A stretch of DNA of 64,000 bases from an uncultured Gammaproteobacteria bacterium (GTDB taxonomy: Bacteria; Patescibacteriota; Microgenomatia; Levybacterales; UBA12049): positions 26,579 through 90,578 of the forward strand of contig CAYWPH010000001.1 in the NCBI GenBank assembly GCA_964460145.1, read 5' to 3'. Positions 47,342 through 57,675 of the stretch are shown here, piece after piece. The notes below the pieces were generated by a model that searched no databases, was not told the origin of the DNA, and worked only from the letters and a program-made list of their open reading frames with translations. Each line of letters opens with the position of its first letter. The stretch's first letter is position 1. Made by a program: the position numbers and the translations under genes.

Positions 47342-48346
47342 ATGAATGATATTTTAGACAGAGCAAGGAAAATTTTAGAAAAAATAGATGTTGATGATAA
47401 AAAGTACTCGGCTTCTCAAATAGAAGTTGAGTCTACAAATGCGGATTTTTGGAAAAATCAAGAGCTTGCGACGTCAAAGATGAAGCAGCTTGCAAAACTT
47501 CAAGCAGATATTAACGACTATGAGTTACTTTCGGATTTAATAAAAAAACAAGATGAAAAAGGACTTTCGGATTTGGTTAAAAAACTTGAGAATCTTTTAT
47601 ATTTCTCAGATCCTTATGATAAAGGCCCCGCCATTGTTTCAATTCACTCCGGTCAGGGTGGAGTTGAGGCTATGGATTGGGCAAACATGCTTTATAGAAT
47701 GTACTGCCGGTATTTTGAAAAAAAATCATGGGCGTTTGAAGTAGTTGAAGAAAACCCCGGAGAAGAAGCTGGTATAAAAAGCGTAACAATCTCAGTTAAT
47801 GCAGGCTTTGCATATGGATATTTAAAGCATGAAGCAGGAGTTCACAGGCTAGTTAGGCAGTCTCCTTTTAATGCAGATAAACTAAGACAGACATCCTTTG
47901 CCTTAGTTGAGGTTTTACCGATTGTTGAAGAGGAAAATGAGGTTGAGTTAAAAGATGATGATCTTGAATGGGATTTTTTTAGAAGTGGTGGTCATGGTGG
48001 TCAGAATGTAAATAAAGTAGCAACTGCCGTAAGGCTAAAACACAAGCCAACCGGAATTACCATAACAGCCTCTGGAGAAAGATATCAAGGGAAAAACAGA
48101 GAATATGCTTTAAAAATGCTTCGCGCAAAGCTTTGGCTTATCTCTGAGGAAGAAAAGAAAAAGCAAGAGGAAAGTTTTAAGGGAGGATATAAAACTCCTG
48201 GCTGGGGAAATCAGATTAGATCATACGTTTTGCATCCATACAAAATGGTAAAAGATTTAAGAACCGGTTTTGAGACCTCAAATTCGGAAGCAGTTTTAGA
48301 TGGAGAAATAGACCAGTTTATAGAAGAGGAGCTGAGGCTTTCTTAA
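47342..48346 (+). CDS. prfB: Peptide chain release factor 2 (uninterrupted, no +1 frameshift site)
   Basis: GGQ motif ([11 protein letters not shown]) and SPF tripeptide (RQSPFNA), which marks RF2 rather than RF1. The reading frame is continuous. Confidence 0.8.
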   Translation: MNDILDRARKILEKIDVDDKKYSASQIEVESTNADFWKNQELATSKMKQLAKLQADINDYELLSDLIKKQDEKGLSDLVKKLENLLYFSDPYDKGPAIVSIHSGQGGVEAMDWANMLYRMYCRYFEKKSWAFEVVEENPGEEAGIKSVTISVNAGFAYGYLKHEAGVHRLVRQSPFNADKLRQTSFALVEVLPIVEEENEVELKDDDLEWDFFRSGGHGGQNVNKVATAVRLKHKPTGITITASGERYQGKNREYALKMLRAKLWLISEEEKKKQEESFKGGYKTPGWGNQIRSYVLHPYKMVKDLRTGFETSNSEAVLDGEIDQFIEEELRLS

Positions 48347-48392
48347 AAGTTGCTAAAATGGCCATAATATGGTTTACTAGATGAGGAGGTGA

Positions 48393-48884
48393 ATGTTTAT
48401 TTTAATGGAAAAAGAACAATTAGATCAACAAAGCAATAATACAAATCAACCTTTAATAAAAAGCTTCGATAAAGGAAATTCTAAATCAAAATTTTCTCCT
48501 AAGATTATAGTAGCTTTAATTTTAGTAGCAATTGTCGGAGTACTTACTGGATATTTCCTTTCAGGCACTGGTGGTCAAAATCAGGCTTCGCAAAACAATG
48601 GAATCTTGAATTTATCTTCTGCACCTAAGGGTACAGTAGTTGGCTCAGATGATACAAAAACATTCAAAGACGCTGTTGAGGGAACATTAAGAGAAGGTGG
48701 AATAGAGGGTGAAGGCGCTTTTCATCTTGAGAGGCCGGGCGGAGAAAGCCAAAACGTTTACCTCACTTCATCAGTCGTAGATTTATCAAAGTTTGTCGCA
48801 AGAAAAATAAAAGTCTGGGGAGAGACACAAAAAGCTCAACGCGCTGGATGGCTTATGGATGTAGGAAGAGTTGAGGTTTTGTAA
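48393..48884 (+). CDS. Hypothetical membrane-anchored protein
   Basis: One TM (IIVALILVAIVGVLTGYF); RBS GAGGAGGTG upstream. Confidence 0.4.
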   Translation: MFILMEKEQLDQQSNNTNQPLIKSFDKGNSKSKFSPKIIVALILVAIVGVLTGYFLSGTGGQNQASQNNGILNLSSAPKGTVVGSDDTKTFKDAVEGTLREGGIEGEGAFHLERPGGESQNVYLTSSVVDLSKFVARKIKVWGETQKAQRAGWLMDVGRVEVL

Positions 48885-49695
48885 TGATAAAACTAGATAA
48901 AGTATCTAAAAAATTTGCAACAGGCACACTTGCTCTTTCCGATGTATCTCTTTTGATTGATAAAGGAGAGTTTGTTTTTTTAGTAGGCCCAACGGGTAGC
49001 GGTAAAACTACTCTTTTAGGCTTTTAATAAGGGATACTTTGCCAACTGAGGGTACTATCTTTATTAATGAATTTGATGTAATAAAGCTGTCAAAAGGAAA
49101 ACTTTCTTCCTTTAGAAAAAAGATAGGAGTAGTTTTTCAGGATTTAAAGCTTTTAGCAGATAGAACTATTTTTGAAAACGTTGTTTTACCTCTTGAAGTC
49201 TCCGGGGAAAACTCACAAAATGCAGCACAAAGAGTTGAAGAAGTTCTAAGACAAGTCGGACTTACGGAACACAGGGATAAATTTCCTATTCAGCTTTCAG
49301 GAGGGGAGTTGCAAAGAACTGCAATTGCAAGAGCTTTAATTCTTTCTCCAGAAATTCTTCTTGCAGATGAACCAACAGGAAATTTGGACGCCGCAACTTC
49401 ATGGGAAATTGTAAAATTGCTTTCAGATATCAATAAAATGGGAACCACTGTTATTATGGCAACTCATAATACTGATATTGTTAAAAGCATGAATAAAAGA
49501 GTTGTTCATTTAGATAAAGGTAGGATTGTAAAAGAAGAAAAAGGACACACGGCGGATAAAAAACATGAAGAGAAAGAGGAAAGGCAAGAAGGGGAAGAAA
49601 AACCTGAAGAGAAAGATAAAAAAGATGATAAGCCTCAAAAAAATGATAGACAAGAAAAGCAGGAAAAAGAAGATCAAAAGGAGGATAAAGAATGA
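48884..49695 (+). pseudogene. ftsE: Cell-division ABC ATPase FtsE, interrupted by a frameshift in a T4 run (49014-49017); acidic/basic C-terminal tail
   Basis: Frame 2 gives MIKLDKVSKKF...GPTGSGKTTLLGF and then stops (49025-27). Frame 1 from 49015 reads FRLLIRDTLPTEGTIF...LSGGELQR...LLADEPTGNLD. Adding one T would restore a normal FtsE. Confidence 0.6.
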
Positions 49696-50558
49696 AATTT
49701 CTTAGTACAGCCAGGAGAAATATTAGAAGATCACCTTATCAAGCACTAGCGGCAATTTTAATAATGACATTAACCTTTCTTGTAGTATCTTTTTTTACTT
49801 TTCTACTCGTAGGGTCTTCTAAAATAGTTAATTTTTTTGAATCTAAGCCCCAAGTAACTGCTTTTTTCAAAAATGATGCATCTCAAGCTGATATAAATTC
49901 TTTAGAAAATCAATTGTCCCAGAGTGGAAAGGTTGCATCAATAAAATATCTTTCTAAAGAAGATGCTTTAAATATTTATAGAGAACAGAATAAAGATGAT
50001 CCACTTTTACTTGAGCTAGTAACAGCAGACGTTTTACCGGCATCGTTTGAAATCTCCGCAATTCAGATAGAGGATTTGGGAGGAATTTCAGATATGCTAA
50101 AAAAGTCCCCGATTGTTTCTGAAGTAATTTATCAAAAAGATGTTGTTTCAGCATTAACTTCCTGGACAAACGCAATTAGAAAAATTGGAATAGCTCTCAT
50201 AGTGTTCCTTTCTTTAGTCTCGATTTTTATTATGGTTACAATAATTGGAATAAAAATATCACAAAAAAAAGAAGATATAGAAATAATGAAACTTATTGGT
50301 GCAACAAATTGGTATATCAGATGGCCTTTTATAATTGAGGGAATATTTTATGGTGTAATTGGCGCTTTAATTGGCTGGTCAATTTCAACTGCAACGCTTT
50401 TGTACGCAACTCCATTCCTAGAGTCTTTCTTAAAAGGAATTCCAATCATTCCTGTTCCTGCTATGGATTTACTTATGCTTTTAGGCTTAGAGTTATTACT
50501 GGCCACATTACTGGGAGTTATATCAAGTTTTCTTGCGGTACTTAGATATCTTAAATGA
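49692..50558 (+). CDS. ftsX: Cell-division permease FtsX
   Basis: FtsX topology: TM, large extracellular loop, three C-terminal TMs; overlaps ftsE by 4 nt. Confidence 0.8.
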   Translation: MKFLSTARRNIRRSPYQALAAILIMTLTFLVVSFFTFLLVGSSKIVNFFESKPQVTAFFKNDASQADINSLENQLSQSGKVASIKYLSKEDALNIYREQNKDDPLLLELVTADVLPASFEISAIQIEDLGGISDMLKKSPIVSEVIYQKDVVSALTSWTNAIRKIGIALIVFLSLVSIFIMVTIIGIKISQKKEDIEIMKLIGATNWYIRWPFIIEGIFYGVIGALIGWSISTATLLYATPFLESFLKGIPIIPVPAMDLLMLLGLELLLATLLGVISSFLAVLRYLK

Positions 50559-50571
50559 ATTTATATGTTCT

Positions 50572-51765
50572 ATGAATTTTTTAAAAAAAACAATAATAAT
50601 TTCAATTTTTCTTTTGGTCCTAATTTTTTCTAGGGCTTATTCTCTTGCCGAGACTCCAACCTCAACTCCTACTCCAGAAAATTCCGCAGGAAAACAAGAA
50701 TTGCAAAATAAGATTAATGATCTGCAAAATAAAATAAACGATTTACAAAACCAAGAGAAAACTTTGTCATCGCAGATTGCAGTAATGGATAATCAAGTAA
50801 AATTAACCGAATATCAAATCGCATCTACACAAGAGCAAATAACAAATATTACCCTAGACATTGATACAACTACAAAGAAAATTTCAGGCCTTGAGAAATC
50901 TCTTAATGAGTTGGTGGAAGTATTGCTTAACAGAATGGTTGCAACTTATGAAATTGGAACAATACAGCCATTACAAATTCTTCTTACGTCTTCTGATGCC
51001 TCTGATTTTTTATCAAGACTTAATTATTTAAGAAGAGCCCAAGCTCATGACAAGCAACTTATTTATCAAACACAGCAAGCAAAAGTTGATTATGCAAACC
51101 AAAAAGAGATATTTGAAGATAAAAAGAAAAAAATAGAAAGTTTGAAATCCCAGCTTGAAGCTTATACTGCGCAGCTGGAACAGGAAAAACAAGGAAAACA
51201 AAAATTGTTAGTAGAAACAAAAGGAAGTGAAGCAAATTACCAAAGCTTACTTGCTGAAGCACGGGCCGAATATTTACAGATTCAAGGAATTATTGCTGGA
51301 AAAGGAGTCGAAAGTGAAATAAAACAAGTAGGTCAAGGAGAAACTATTGCTACTATAATTTCTGGTGCTTCCTGCAACTCAACTGGCTCGCATCTACATT
51401 TTACGGTTAGTAGGAATGGTATTGCAGAAAATCCTTTTAATTTTTTAAAACCTGTTGATTATACAAACGATTCTGGAGGAGATGCTTGGAATCCATCAGG
51501 TAGTTGGGATTGGCCATTAGATCCCCCCATTGATTTTAATCAAGGATATGGAGTGACGTGGTATGTACAGAATTATCCTGTTTATACATCTCACAATGGA
51601 ATTGATATTGCAGGTTCATCGTCAAATGTCAAAGCAGTTAAGTCGGGCACATTGTTTCAAGGAAGCTATACAGGTAATGGCGGTTGTAGGCTTAAATATG
51701 TTAGGGTTCACCAGTCAGATGACGGGTTAGACACGTTTTATTTGCACGTAAATTACGTTAATTAG
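50572..51765 (+). CDS. Coiled-coil M23 peptidase (EnvC/PcsB-like partner of FtsEX)
   Basis: N-terminal coiled coil (QNKINDLQNKINDLQNQEK); C-terminal M23 motifs (CNSTGSHLHFTV, HNGIDIAG). Confidence 0.75.
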   Translation: MNFLKKTIIISIFLLVLIFSRAYSLAETPTSTPTPENSAGKQELQNKINDLQNKINDLQNQEKTLSSQIAVMDNQVKLTEYQIASTQEQITNITLDIDTTTKKISGLEKSLNELVEVLLNRMVATYEIGTIQPLQILLTSSDASDFLSRLNYLRRAQAHDKQLIYQTQQAKVDYANQKEIFEDKKKKIESLKSQLEAYTAQLEQEKQGKQKLLVETKGSEANYQSLLAEARAEYLQIQGIIAGKGVESEIKQVGQGETIATIISGASCNSTGSHLHFTVSRNGIAENPFNFLKPVDYTNDSGGDAWNPSGSWDWPLDPPIDFNQGYGVTWYVQNYPVYTSHNGIDIAGSSSNVKAVKSGTLFQGSYTGNGGCRLKYVRVHQSDDGLDTFYLHVNYVN

Positions 51766-51777
51766 AAAATTTATTTA

Positions 51778-52617
51778 ATGAAGGCAAGAATACTTTTAAT
51801 TGCTTTTGTATTATTATTTTTGACTATAATCAATGGTAGTTCAGTATCTTTTTCAGCCACTCAATCATTATCCCTGAATAACGTTCCAGTAACTGTTGAT
51901 CAATCTGGAGAGTTTGAAATTGGAATTACTCTTTCTTGTCCGAGTTGCACAACCGATTCATTTCTACGTGGAGTTTTTTATCCAAGCGGAACCAGCTATT
52001 TTGGTTACACAAAAGATAATAATGGTAATTGGAGTAATGCCGCTGGCGGAAATTGCACAACATATTTTAAAGTAGCCCAAACTGATTTAAGCAAAGAAGG
52101 AAGTTGGAGTGGTGCTTTAAGATTTAAGTCGGATAAAGATAGCCCGAACTATAACGGTCCGGGAGAGTATTTATTTAAGGTTGGAAGATATACTCCAAGT
52201 TGTAGCTCTCCTTCCATTTGGTCAACAGAGACTACTGTTGCCATCACAGGCCCTACGCCAACGTTAACACCCGTTCCTCCAACGTCAACCACCGTGCCCA
52301 CTCCAATCATAAAACCAACAGCTACGCCAACTTCTCTTCCAAGCCCTACTAAAACTCCCACCCCTAAGCCCACATCCACAAAAACTCCAAGCCCAACAGG
52401 AGCTAGTGTTTTAGGTGTTTCTCAGAAATCTATTCAGTCTGTTCTGGGAGATAGCGATGAGAAAACCAGGGAAAAAACCAAAGCTGTTGTTCCAGGAGAA
52501 AGCAAGAGTAAGACAATTGGCATATTGTTTATATTTCTTGGAGTTATTTTCCTCTCTCTTTGTGGTATAGTATTTTTCTTATCATATAGAAATTCTTTAA
52601 AAACAAATGGATCCTAA
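51778..52617 (+). CDS. Cell-surface protein with Thr/Pro-rich linker and C-terminal TM anchor
   Basis: Signal peptide; Cys-containing N-domain; PT-rich linker (PTPTLTPVPPTSTTVPTP...); C-terminal hydrophobic anchor. Confidence 0.5.
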   Translation: MKARILLIAFVLLFLTIINGSSVSFSATQSLSLNNVPVTVDQSGEFEIGITLSCPSCTTDSFLRGVFYPSGTSYFGYTKDNNGNWSNAAGGNCTTYFKVAQTDLSKEGSWSGALRFKSDKDSPNYNGPGEYLFKVGRYTPSCSSPSIWSTETTVAITGPTPTLTPVPPTSTTVPTPIIKPTATPTSLPSPTKTPTPKPTSTKTPSPTGASVLGVSQKSIQSVLGDSDEKTREKTKAVVPGESKSKTIGILFIFLGVIFLSLCGIVFFLSYRNSLKTNGS

Positions 52618-53038
52618 AATTATTAACACCCAAAATCTTAGAGAGACTCAAGAATTTGCACGTGACTTTGCAAAAAACCTTAAAGCTGGAGACGTGCTTT
52701 GTCTTTACGGTAATTTAGGAAGTGGCAAAACAAGCTTTGTGCAAGGGTTGGCAAAGGGTCTTGGAATTACAAGAAGAATAATCTCTCCAACATTTATAAT
52801 TGCAAGGCGCTATAAAATTGGTGATTTAAATTTCTACCATATTGATCTTTACAGAACTGAAACGGTTCAAGACCTGCGTAGTATCGGCATGGATGAAATT
52901 TTGGAGGATGATAAAAATATTGTTGCAATTGAATGGGCTGAAAAATTACTTGATTTAATTCCTAAAAAACGAGTTGATTTAAAATTTGAATATATAGATG
53001 AAAATAAAAGAAAAATAACCATAGAAAACCATGAATAG
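52607..53038 (+). CDS. tsaE: t6A biosynthesis ATPase TsaE (YjeE)
   Basis: LCLYGNLGSGKTSFVQGLAKGLGI P-loop, typical of TsaE. Confidence 0.8.
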   Translation: MDPKIINTQNLRETQEFARDFAKNLKAGDVLCLYGNLGSGKTSFVQGLAKGLGITRRIISPTFIIARRYKIGDLNFYHIDLYRTETVQDLRSIGMDEILEDDKNIVAIEWAEKLLDLIPKKRVDLKFEYIDENKRKITIENHE

Positions 53039-53612
53039 TAATATTAGTAAGGCAATCGAGGTTTTAAATAAAGGTGGAGTGATAATATTTCCAACCGATA
53101 CTGCATTTGGAATTGGATGCAGGATTGATAACCAAAAAGCAATTGAAAGATTATTTGAGATAAGAAAAAGACCATTTAATATGGCAACTCCTGTTTTAGT
53201 TTCTAGTTTAGAAATGGCTAAGAAATATTGGGATAGCGATACAAAGGAAGTTGAAGAAAAACTGATTAGTAAGTACTGGCCAGGCGCACTAACAATTGTT
53301 TTAAAAGCAAATAAAAATAAAGTTTTCTCTCTTGTAAGAGGTGGAGGAGATAATATTGGTATAAGAATGCCCCAAGATGATTTAATTTTAGAAGTTATAG
53401 AAAAAGCCGGGGTTCCAATTTTAGCTCCTTCAGCAAATTTACATGGTGAACAAACTCCTTACTCGAAAAATATGCTGAATAAATATATTGTTCAATCAGT
53501 TGATTTAGTATTAGATGGGGATTGTAGTTTAAAAAACGCTTCTACCGTAATCGACTGTACTCAAAAACCCTGGAAAATTTTGCGTCAAGGAGCTTTATCT
53601 ATTAATATATAG
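53031..53612 (+). CDS. tsaC: L-threonylcarbamoyladenylate synthase (YrdC/TsaC)
   Basis: GGVIIFPTDTAFGIGC YrdC signature; 193 aa. Confidence 0.8.
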   Translation: MNSNISKAIEVLNKGGVIIFPTDTAFGIGCRIDNQKAIERLFEIRKRPFNMATPVLVSSLEMAKKYWDSDTKEVEEKLISKYWPGALTIVLKANKNKVFSLVRGGGDNIGIRMPQDDLILEVIEKAGVPILAPSANLHGEQTPYSKNMLNKYIVQSVDLVLDGDCSLKNASTVIDCTQKPWKILRQGALSINI

Positions 53613-53614
53613 AT

Positions 53615-53932
53615 ATGGCAAATATTTTAATTATTGATACTTCAGATAATAAAAAAATAAGGATCGGACTAAGCATTGATGGAAAAGAAAAAATTGTAAT
53701 ATCTGATTCTAAGCATTTAAAATCTCAAGCGTGTTTGGCATTAATAGAAAAGGTTCTAAAAGGAAAAAATCTCAAACCCAAAGATATTTCCGAAATAAAG
53801 GTAAATAAAGGTCCTGGTTCGTTTACAGGGCTAAGAGTAGGAATATCAATAGCAAATGCTTTGTCAAATCTTTTGAAAATTCCTGTAAATGGTAAATTAA
53901 TTGGAGATTTGGAAGAGCCAGTATATAATTAG
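53615..53932 (+). CDS. tsaB: Minimal TsaB (YeaZ)-like protein, 105 aa
   Basis: IDTSDNKKIRIGL...VNKGPGSFTGLRVGISIANAL matches the YeaZ N-terminal half; the C-terminal half is absent. Confidence 0.6.
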   Translation: MANILIIDTSDNKKIRIGLSIDGKEKIVISDSKHLKSQACLALIEKVLKGKNLKPKDISEIKVNKGPGSFTGLRVGISIANALSNLLKIPVNGKLIGDLEEPVYN

Positions 53933-53935
53933 ATT

Positions 53936-54880
53936 ATGTTTAAGTTTTTGTATCATTTCTTTACTCCGCAAGTCTCAAATAACTATAGAGCTAGGATTTT
54001 GCACCCTAAAATTATTTCATTATTTATCATTTTCTTTTTTTCTGCCGGTGTTTTAATGTCTGTTACAAAGACTAATTTCCCCGAAGTTCTAGGTATTTCT
54101 TCTGATGTCTCGATAGATCAACTATTGGTTTTAACTAATCAAAAGAGACAGGAAAATGGACTTGGCCCTTTAAGTTTAGATGAAAGACTAAGTCAAGCTG
54201 CAATTGGCAAAGGCAATGACATGTTGTCAAAGGGATATTGGGCACATATTTCTCCTGACGGAACTACTCCTTGGCTTTTTATTAAAGGCGCAGGATATAG
54301 CTATACGTATGCGGGGGAAAATTTAGCAAGAGGTTATACAAACTCATCAGATGTCATAAATGCGTGGATGGCAAGCGACTCGCATAAGCAGAATATGCTT
54401 TCAGGAAATTATTCAAACGTTGGTTTTGCAGTTGTCACTGGGAGTTTAAACGGGGAAGAAACAGTACTTGTTGTAGAAATGCTTGGAACAACCGCTCTTG
54501 CAGCTACTCCAGCTAAGCCAGAGGAAAAAAGTATAGCGGAAGTTGCTCAAGCTTCAACAAATGAATCGGCTGGTCAAGTCCCTGTTGTTAATGCACAAAA
54601 TAAAGAGAAAGAGTTTCTAGTAGAAACGAAAGAAAGTAAACCACAAACTATTGTCAAACAGCCAAAGCCTCAGGTAAAACCTCTTATTAATGCTGAGACT
54701 TTTTCTTCTAATATTGCAAGAATTGCCATAACAATCTTTATGTTTGTCTTTATACTGGATATGATAATAATTGAAAGAAAAAAGATTTTAAGATTTGTAG
54801 GACACAACTTAGATCACGTTATGTTCCTAGGTCTTATTCTTGCACTTATCTTAGTTTTACTTAAAGGATATATAATTTGA
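53936..54880 (+). CDS. Membrane-anchored CAP (SCP/PR-1/YkwD-like) domain protein
   Basis: CAP domain motifs (GYWAHISPDG...GENLARGY...HKQNML...NVGFAV) between an N-terminal TM and C-terminal TMs. Confidence 0.7.
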   Translation: MFKFLYHFFTPQVSNNYRARILHPKIISLFIIFFFSAGVLMSVTKTNFPEVLGISSDVSIDQLLVLTNQKRQENGLGPLSLDERLSQAAIGKGNDMLSKGYWAHISPDGTTPWLFIKGAGYSYTYAGENLARGYTNSSDVINAWMASDSHKQNMLSGNYSNVGFAVVTGSLNGEETVLVVEMLGTTALAATPAKPEEKSIAEVAQASTNESAGQVPVVNAQNKEKEFLVETKESKPQTIVKQPKPQVKPLINAETFSSNIARIAITIFMFVFILDMIIIERKKILRFVGHNLDHVMFLGLILALILVLLKGYII

Positions 54881-55146
54881 TGATTAAAAAACTCTTAAAA
54901 CATTTAAATTATTATTTACTGCTTTTGATAATTTTCACTACAGGTGTTATTACAACTGTTTTTGCTTCTCCAAATGCAAATTTACAGGTGGCAATAATTG
55001 CCACAACAGTAGTTTTATATGTTTTCTGGGGGATTTTACATCACAAGATTAATCACGAATTGACGAGAAAAATAACAATTGAATATTTATTAATAGGTCT
55101 TCTTGGTCTTTCTATAATATTTTTCATATTCATGGGAGGAATTTAA
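54877..55146 (+). CDS. Small two-TM membrane protein
   Basis: An 89-aa protein with two hydrophobic helices, translationally coupled to neighbours. Confidence 0.35.
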   Translation: MMIKKLLKHLNYYLLLLIIFTTGVITTVFASPNANLQVAIIATTVVLYVFWGILHHKINHELTRKITIEYLLIGLLGLSIIFFIFMGGI

Positions 55147-56031
55147 ATGCTTATCTCAATCGTTACCTTAAACTACAAAAAAGAAAATTTAACAGTTTTT
55201 TGCATGGAGTCTTTATACCAGCAGTTTAAAGAAGAATTTGAAAAAGACTCAGTAGAGCTTATTATTGTGGATAATGCTTCCGGAGGGGATAGTGTAAAGT
55301 TAATACAAAATGAAATTTTAAAGAAAAAATATAAAAATATTAAATTAATTGAAAGTGATGAAAATGGTGGCTTTGGCAAAGGTTGTAATCTTGGAGCAGG
55401 TCAAGCCAAAGGAGACTACATATTATTCTTAAACAACGACACTGTTGTAAAAGATGCGGGAATTTTGAAAATGGCAAAGTATTTAGACGATAATCCAAAT
55501 GTTTCTATTTTGGGAGGACAGCTTCGAAATGTTGATGGATCACTCCAGGCAAGCGCTGGAAGTTTTTATACACTTTTTAAAGCAGTAATGCTTTTAACTG
55601 GTATGCAAAAACTTGGACTGCTTGATAAAAGCCCTAGGCAAATTAGCCGTGTTGATTGGGTAAAGGGTGGTTTACTTATGATAAAAAAAGATGTATTTGA
55701 AAAACTAAAAGGATTTGACGAGAAAATTTTTATGTATACGGAAGATATGGAGCTTTGTTACAGGGCAAAACTTAAGGGATTTCAAACTTTCTTTTTTCCC
55801 TTTACCTATGTTTTACACGCAGAACACGGTAGTACAAACAGAACCTTTGCAATCGTTAATATTTATAAAAACCTATTATATTTTTATAAAAAACACAGAA
55901 GCTTCGTTGAGTATCTGATATTAAAAACATTATTGTTATCAAAGGCTTATTTGCTTATTTTCCTAGGGGCAATAACCAATAATCAATATTTAAGGCAAAC
56001 TTATAGACAAGCTTTAGAGGGGATTAAATAA
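55147..56031 (+). CDS. Family 2 glycosyltransferase
   Basis: ISIVTLNYKK...ELIIVDNASGG...DxD-like motif. Confidence 0.75.
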   Translation: MLISIVTLNYKKENLTVFCMESLYQQFKEEFEKDSVELIIVDNASGGDSVKLIQNEILKKKYKNIKLIESDENGGFGKGCNLGAGQAKGDYILFLNNDTVVKDAGILKMAKYLDDNPNVSILGGQLRNVDGSLQASAGSFYTLFKAVMLLTGMQKLGLLDKSPRQISRVDWVKGGLLMIKKDVFEKLKGFDEKIFMYTEDMELCYRAKLKGFQTFFFPFTYVLHAEHGSTNRTFAIVNIYKNLLYFYKKHRSFVEYLILKTLLLSKAYLLIFLGAITNNQYLRQTYRQALEGIK

Positions 56032-56975
56032 TGTCAAAAAATCCAAACATTGATTTATCAATAATAATTTTAACTTATAATACCAAAGATATTACGGCTG
56101 CTGCGGTACTTTCTATCGAAGAAAATTACAAAGATGAAGTTTCATCTGGGCAATATGAAGTAATTGTAGCTGATAACAAATCAACAGATGGAACGTTTGA
56201 GTTTTTTCAGGAATATAAAAAGAAAACAAAAATAAAAGCTTTTCATATTGTTGACAATGGCGGAAATCTTGGTTTTTCAAAAGGAAATAATAAAGGAGTT
56301 CCATATGCTACAGGAAAATATATTTTGTTTCTAAATCCGGATACTATTGTTTATAAAGATACCCTAAATTACATGCTAGATTTTTTAGATAGCCACAGGC
56401 AGGTTGGTGCTGCATCATGTAAATTGATTAATAAAGATGGCCAAATAGATTTTAATTGCCACAGAGGTTTTCCTACTCCTTGGAATGCATTTTGTTATTT
56501 TTCAGGCTTGCAAAGACTTTTTCCAAAAAGCAAAATATTTGCGGGTTACACAAAAGGGTGGGAAGATTTAGATACTACGCATGAAGTAGACGCAGTAGAG
56601 GGAGCTTTTATGATCATGCTAAGAAGCGTTGGTGAAAAAGTCGGCTGGTGGGATGAAGATTATTTTTTTTACGGTGAAGATTTGCAATTTTGCTACGATA
56701 TTAAAAAACTTGGATACAAAATATACTATATTGGAGAAAAAAGCATTATGCACATAGGTGGCGCATCAAGTGGAATTAAGAAAAAATCAGAAGGAATTAC
56801 GACTGTAAACATTGAAACAAAAAAGAGATTACAAAAAGCCCGGTTTAACGCAATGAGGATATTTTATAGAAAAAATTATAGAAATAAGTACCCATTTTTA
56901 GTTTACTTTCTTATTGATAAGGCAATTGCTTTTTTAGAAAATAGAACTCTTGCCAAGCTAAGAGTAGCTGACTAA
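56031..56975 (+). CDS. Family 2 glycosyltransferase
   Basis: LSIIILTYNTKD...VIVADNKSTDGT. Confidence 0.75.
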   Translation: MSKNPNIDLSIIILTYNTKDITAAAVLSIEENYKDEVSSGQYEVIVADNKSTDGTFEFFQEYKKKTKIKAFHIVDNGGNLGFSKGNNKGVPYATGKYILFLNPDTIVYKDTLNYMLDFLDSHRQVGAASCKLINKDGQIDFNCHRGFPTPWNAFCYFSGLQRLFPKSKIFAGYTKGWEDLDTTHEVDAVEGAFMIMLRSVGEKVGWWDEDYFFYGEDLQFCYDIKKLGYKIYYIGEKSIMHIGGASSGIKKKSEGITTVNIETKKRLQKARFNAMRIFYRKNYRNKYPFLVYFLIDKAIAFLENRTLAKLRVAD

Positions 56976-56977
56976 TT

Positions 56978-57610
56978 TTATCCTTCGTTTAGCCAGGGAA
57001 ATTTTGAAAAATCCACGTCTTTTCCAAACTTTTCTTTAAGGGTTGGATAGCTTTCATCTTTTTTACTTACGATTGGGTTTTCAACTGGCCATCCTCCAAA
57101 TTGTTTTGTAAGAACTGGATCATTATATAAAACAGCTGGAGTTGGTTTTCCCTCAAAATATCCGGTTATCATATACATATATTCAGCGTCTTCATTTCCT
57201 AAAGCGCAGAATGAATTTCCCATTCCAAGTGGTAAATACAAAGTGTTTCTATCATTTTCTCCAAGAGGTATTTTTATAGCTTTTCCAAAACTGGGAGAAT
57301 CAGTTCTAAAATCAACAATTACAGCAATAGCTTGTCCTTTTATTACATAAATGATTTTTTCCCAAGGTTCTGAATGAAATCCTCTAATAACATTAGGGTG
57401 GGAGTTTGAGTGATTCCATTGTGTAACGTTAATCTTTTTCCCTAAAACTTTTTCTAAATCTCTTAATTCAACTACTTCTCTAAAAAATCCTCTATCATCT
57501 TCAAAAGTGTCTCTTTTATAAATTAAAAGACCAGGTATTTCAGTAGTTTGGATCATTGGGGGAAAATCTGGGTCATTTGGAGAAAGTGCAAGTTTATATG
57601 GATTATCCAT
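56978..57610 (-). CDS. rmlC: RmlC-like cupin (dTDP-4-dehydrorhamnose 3,5-epimerase family)
   Basis: FEDDRGFFREV and NVIRGFHSEP match the RmlC motifs; the start is probably MDNPYK (the listed ORF extends to 57673). Confidence 0.65.
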   Translation of the reverse strand: MDNPYKLALSPNDPDFPPMIQTTEIPGLLIYKRDTFEDDRGFFREVVELRDLEKVLGKKINVTQWNHSNSHPNVIRGFHSEPWEKIIYVIKGQAIAVIVDFRTDSPSFGKAIKIPLGENDRNTLYLPLGMGNSFCALGNEDAEYMYMITGYFEGKPTPAVLYNDPVLTKQFGGWPVENPIVSKKDESYPTLKEKFGKDVDFSKFPWLNEG

Positions 57611-57675
57611 AAAAGCAATATAGCACAAGTTGGGTTGTTTTGACAAACAATTAATGCTAATATTAAAAAGCAAAT

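Noticed and set aside
52250-52400. Apparent nucleotide repeat (ACNCCNAC periodicity), and antisense ORF 52149-52379
   Set aside because: It is the Thr/Pro-rich linker coding region of the surface protein, i.e. low-complexity coding sequence rather than a DNA repeat element.
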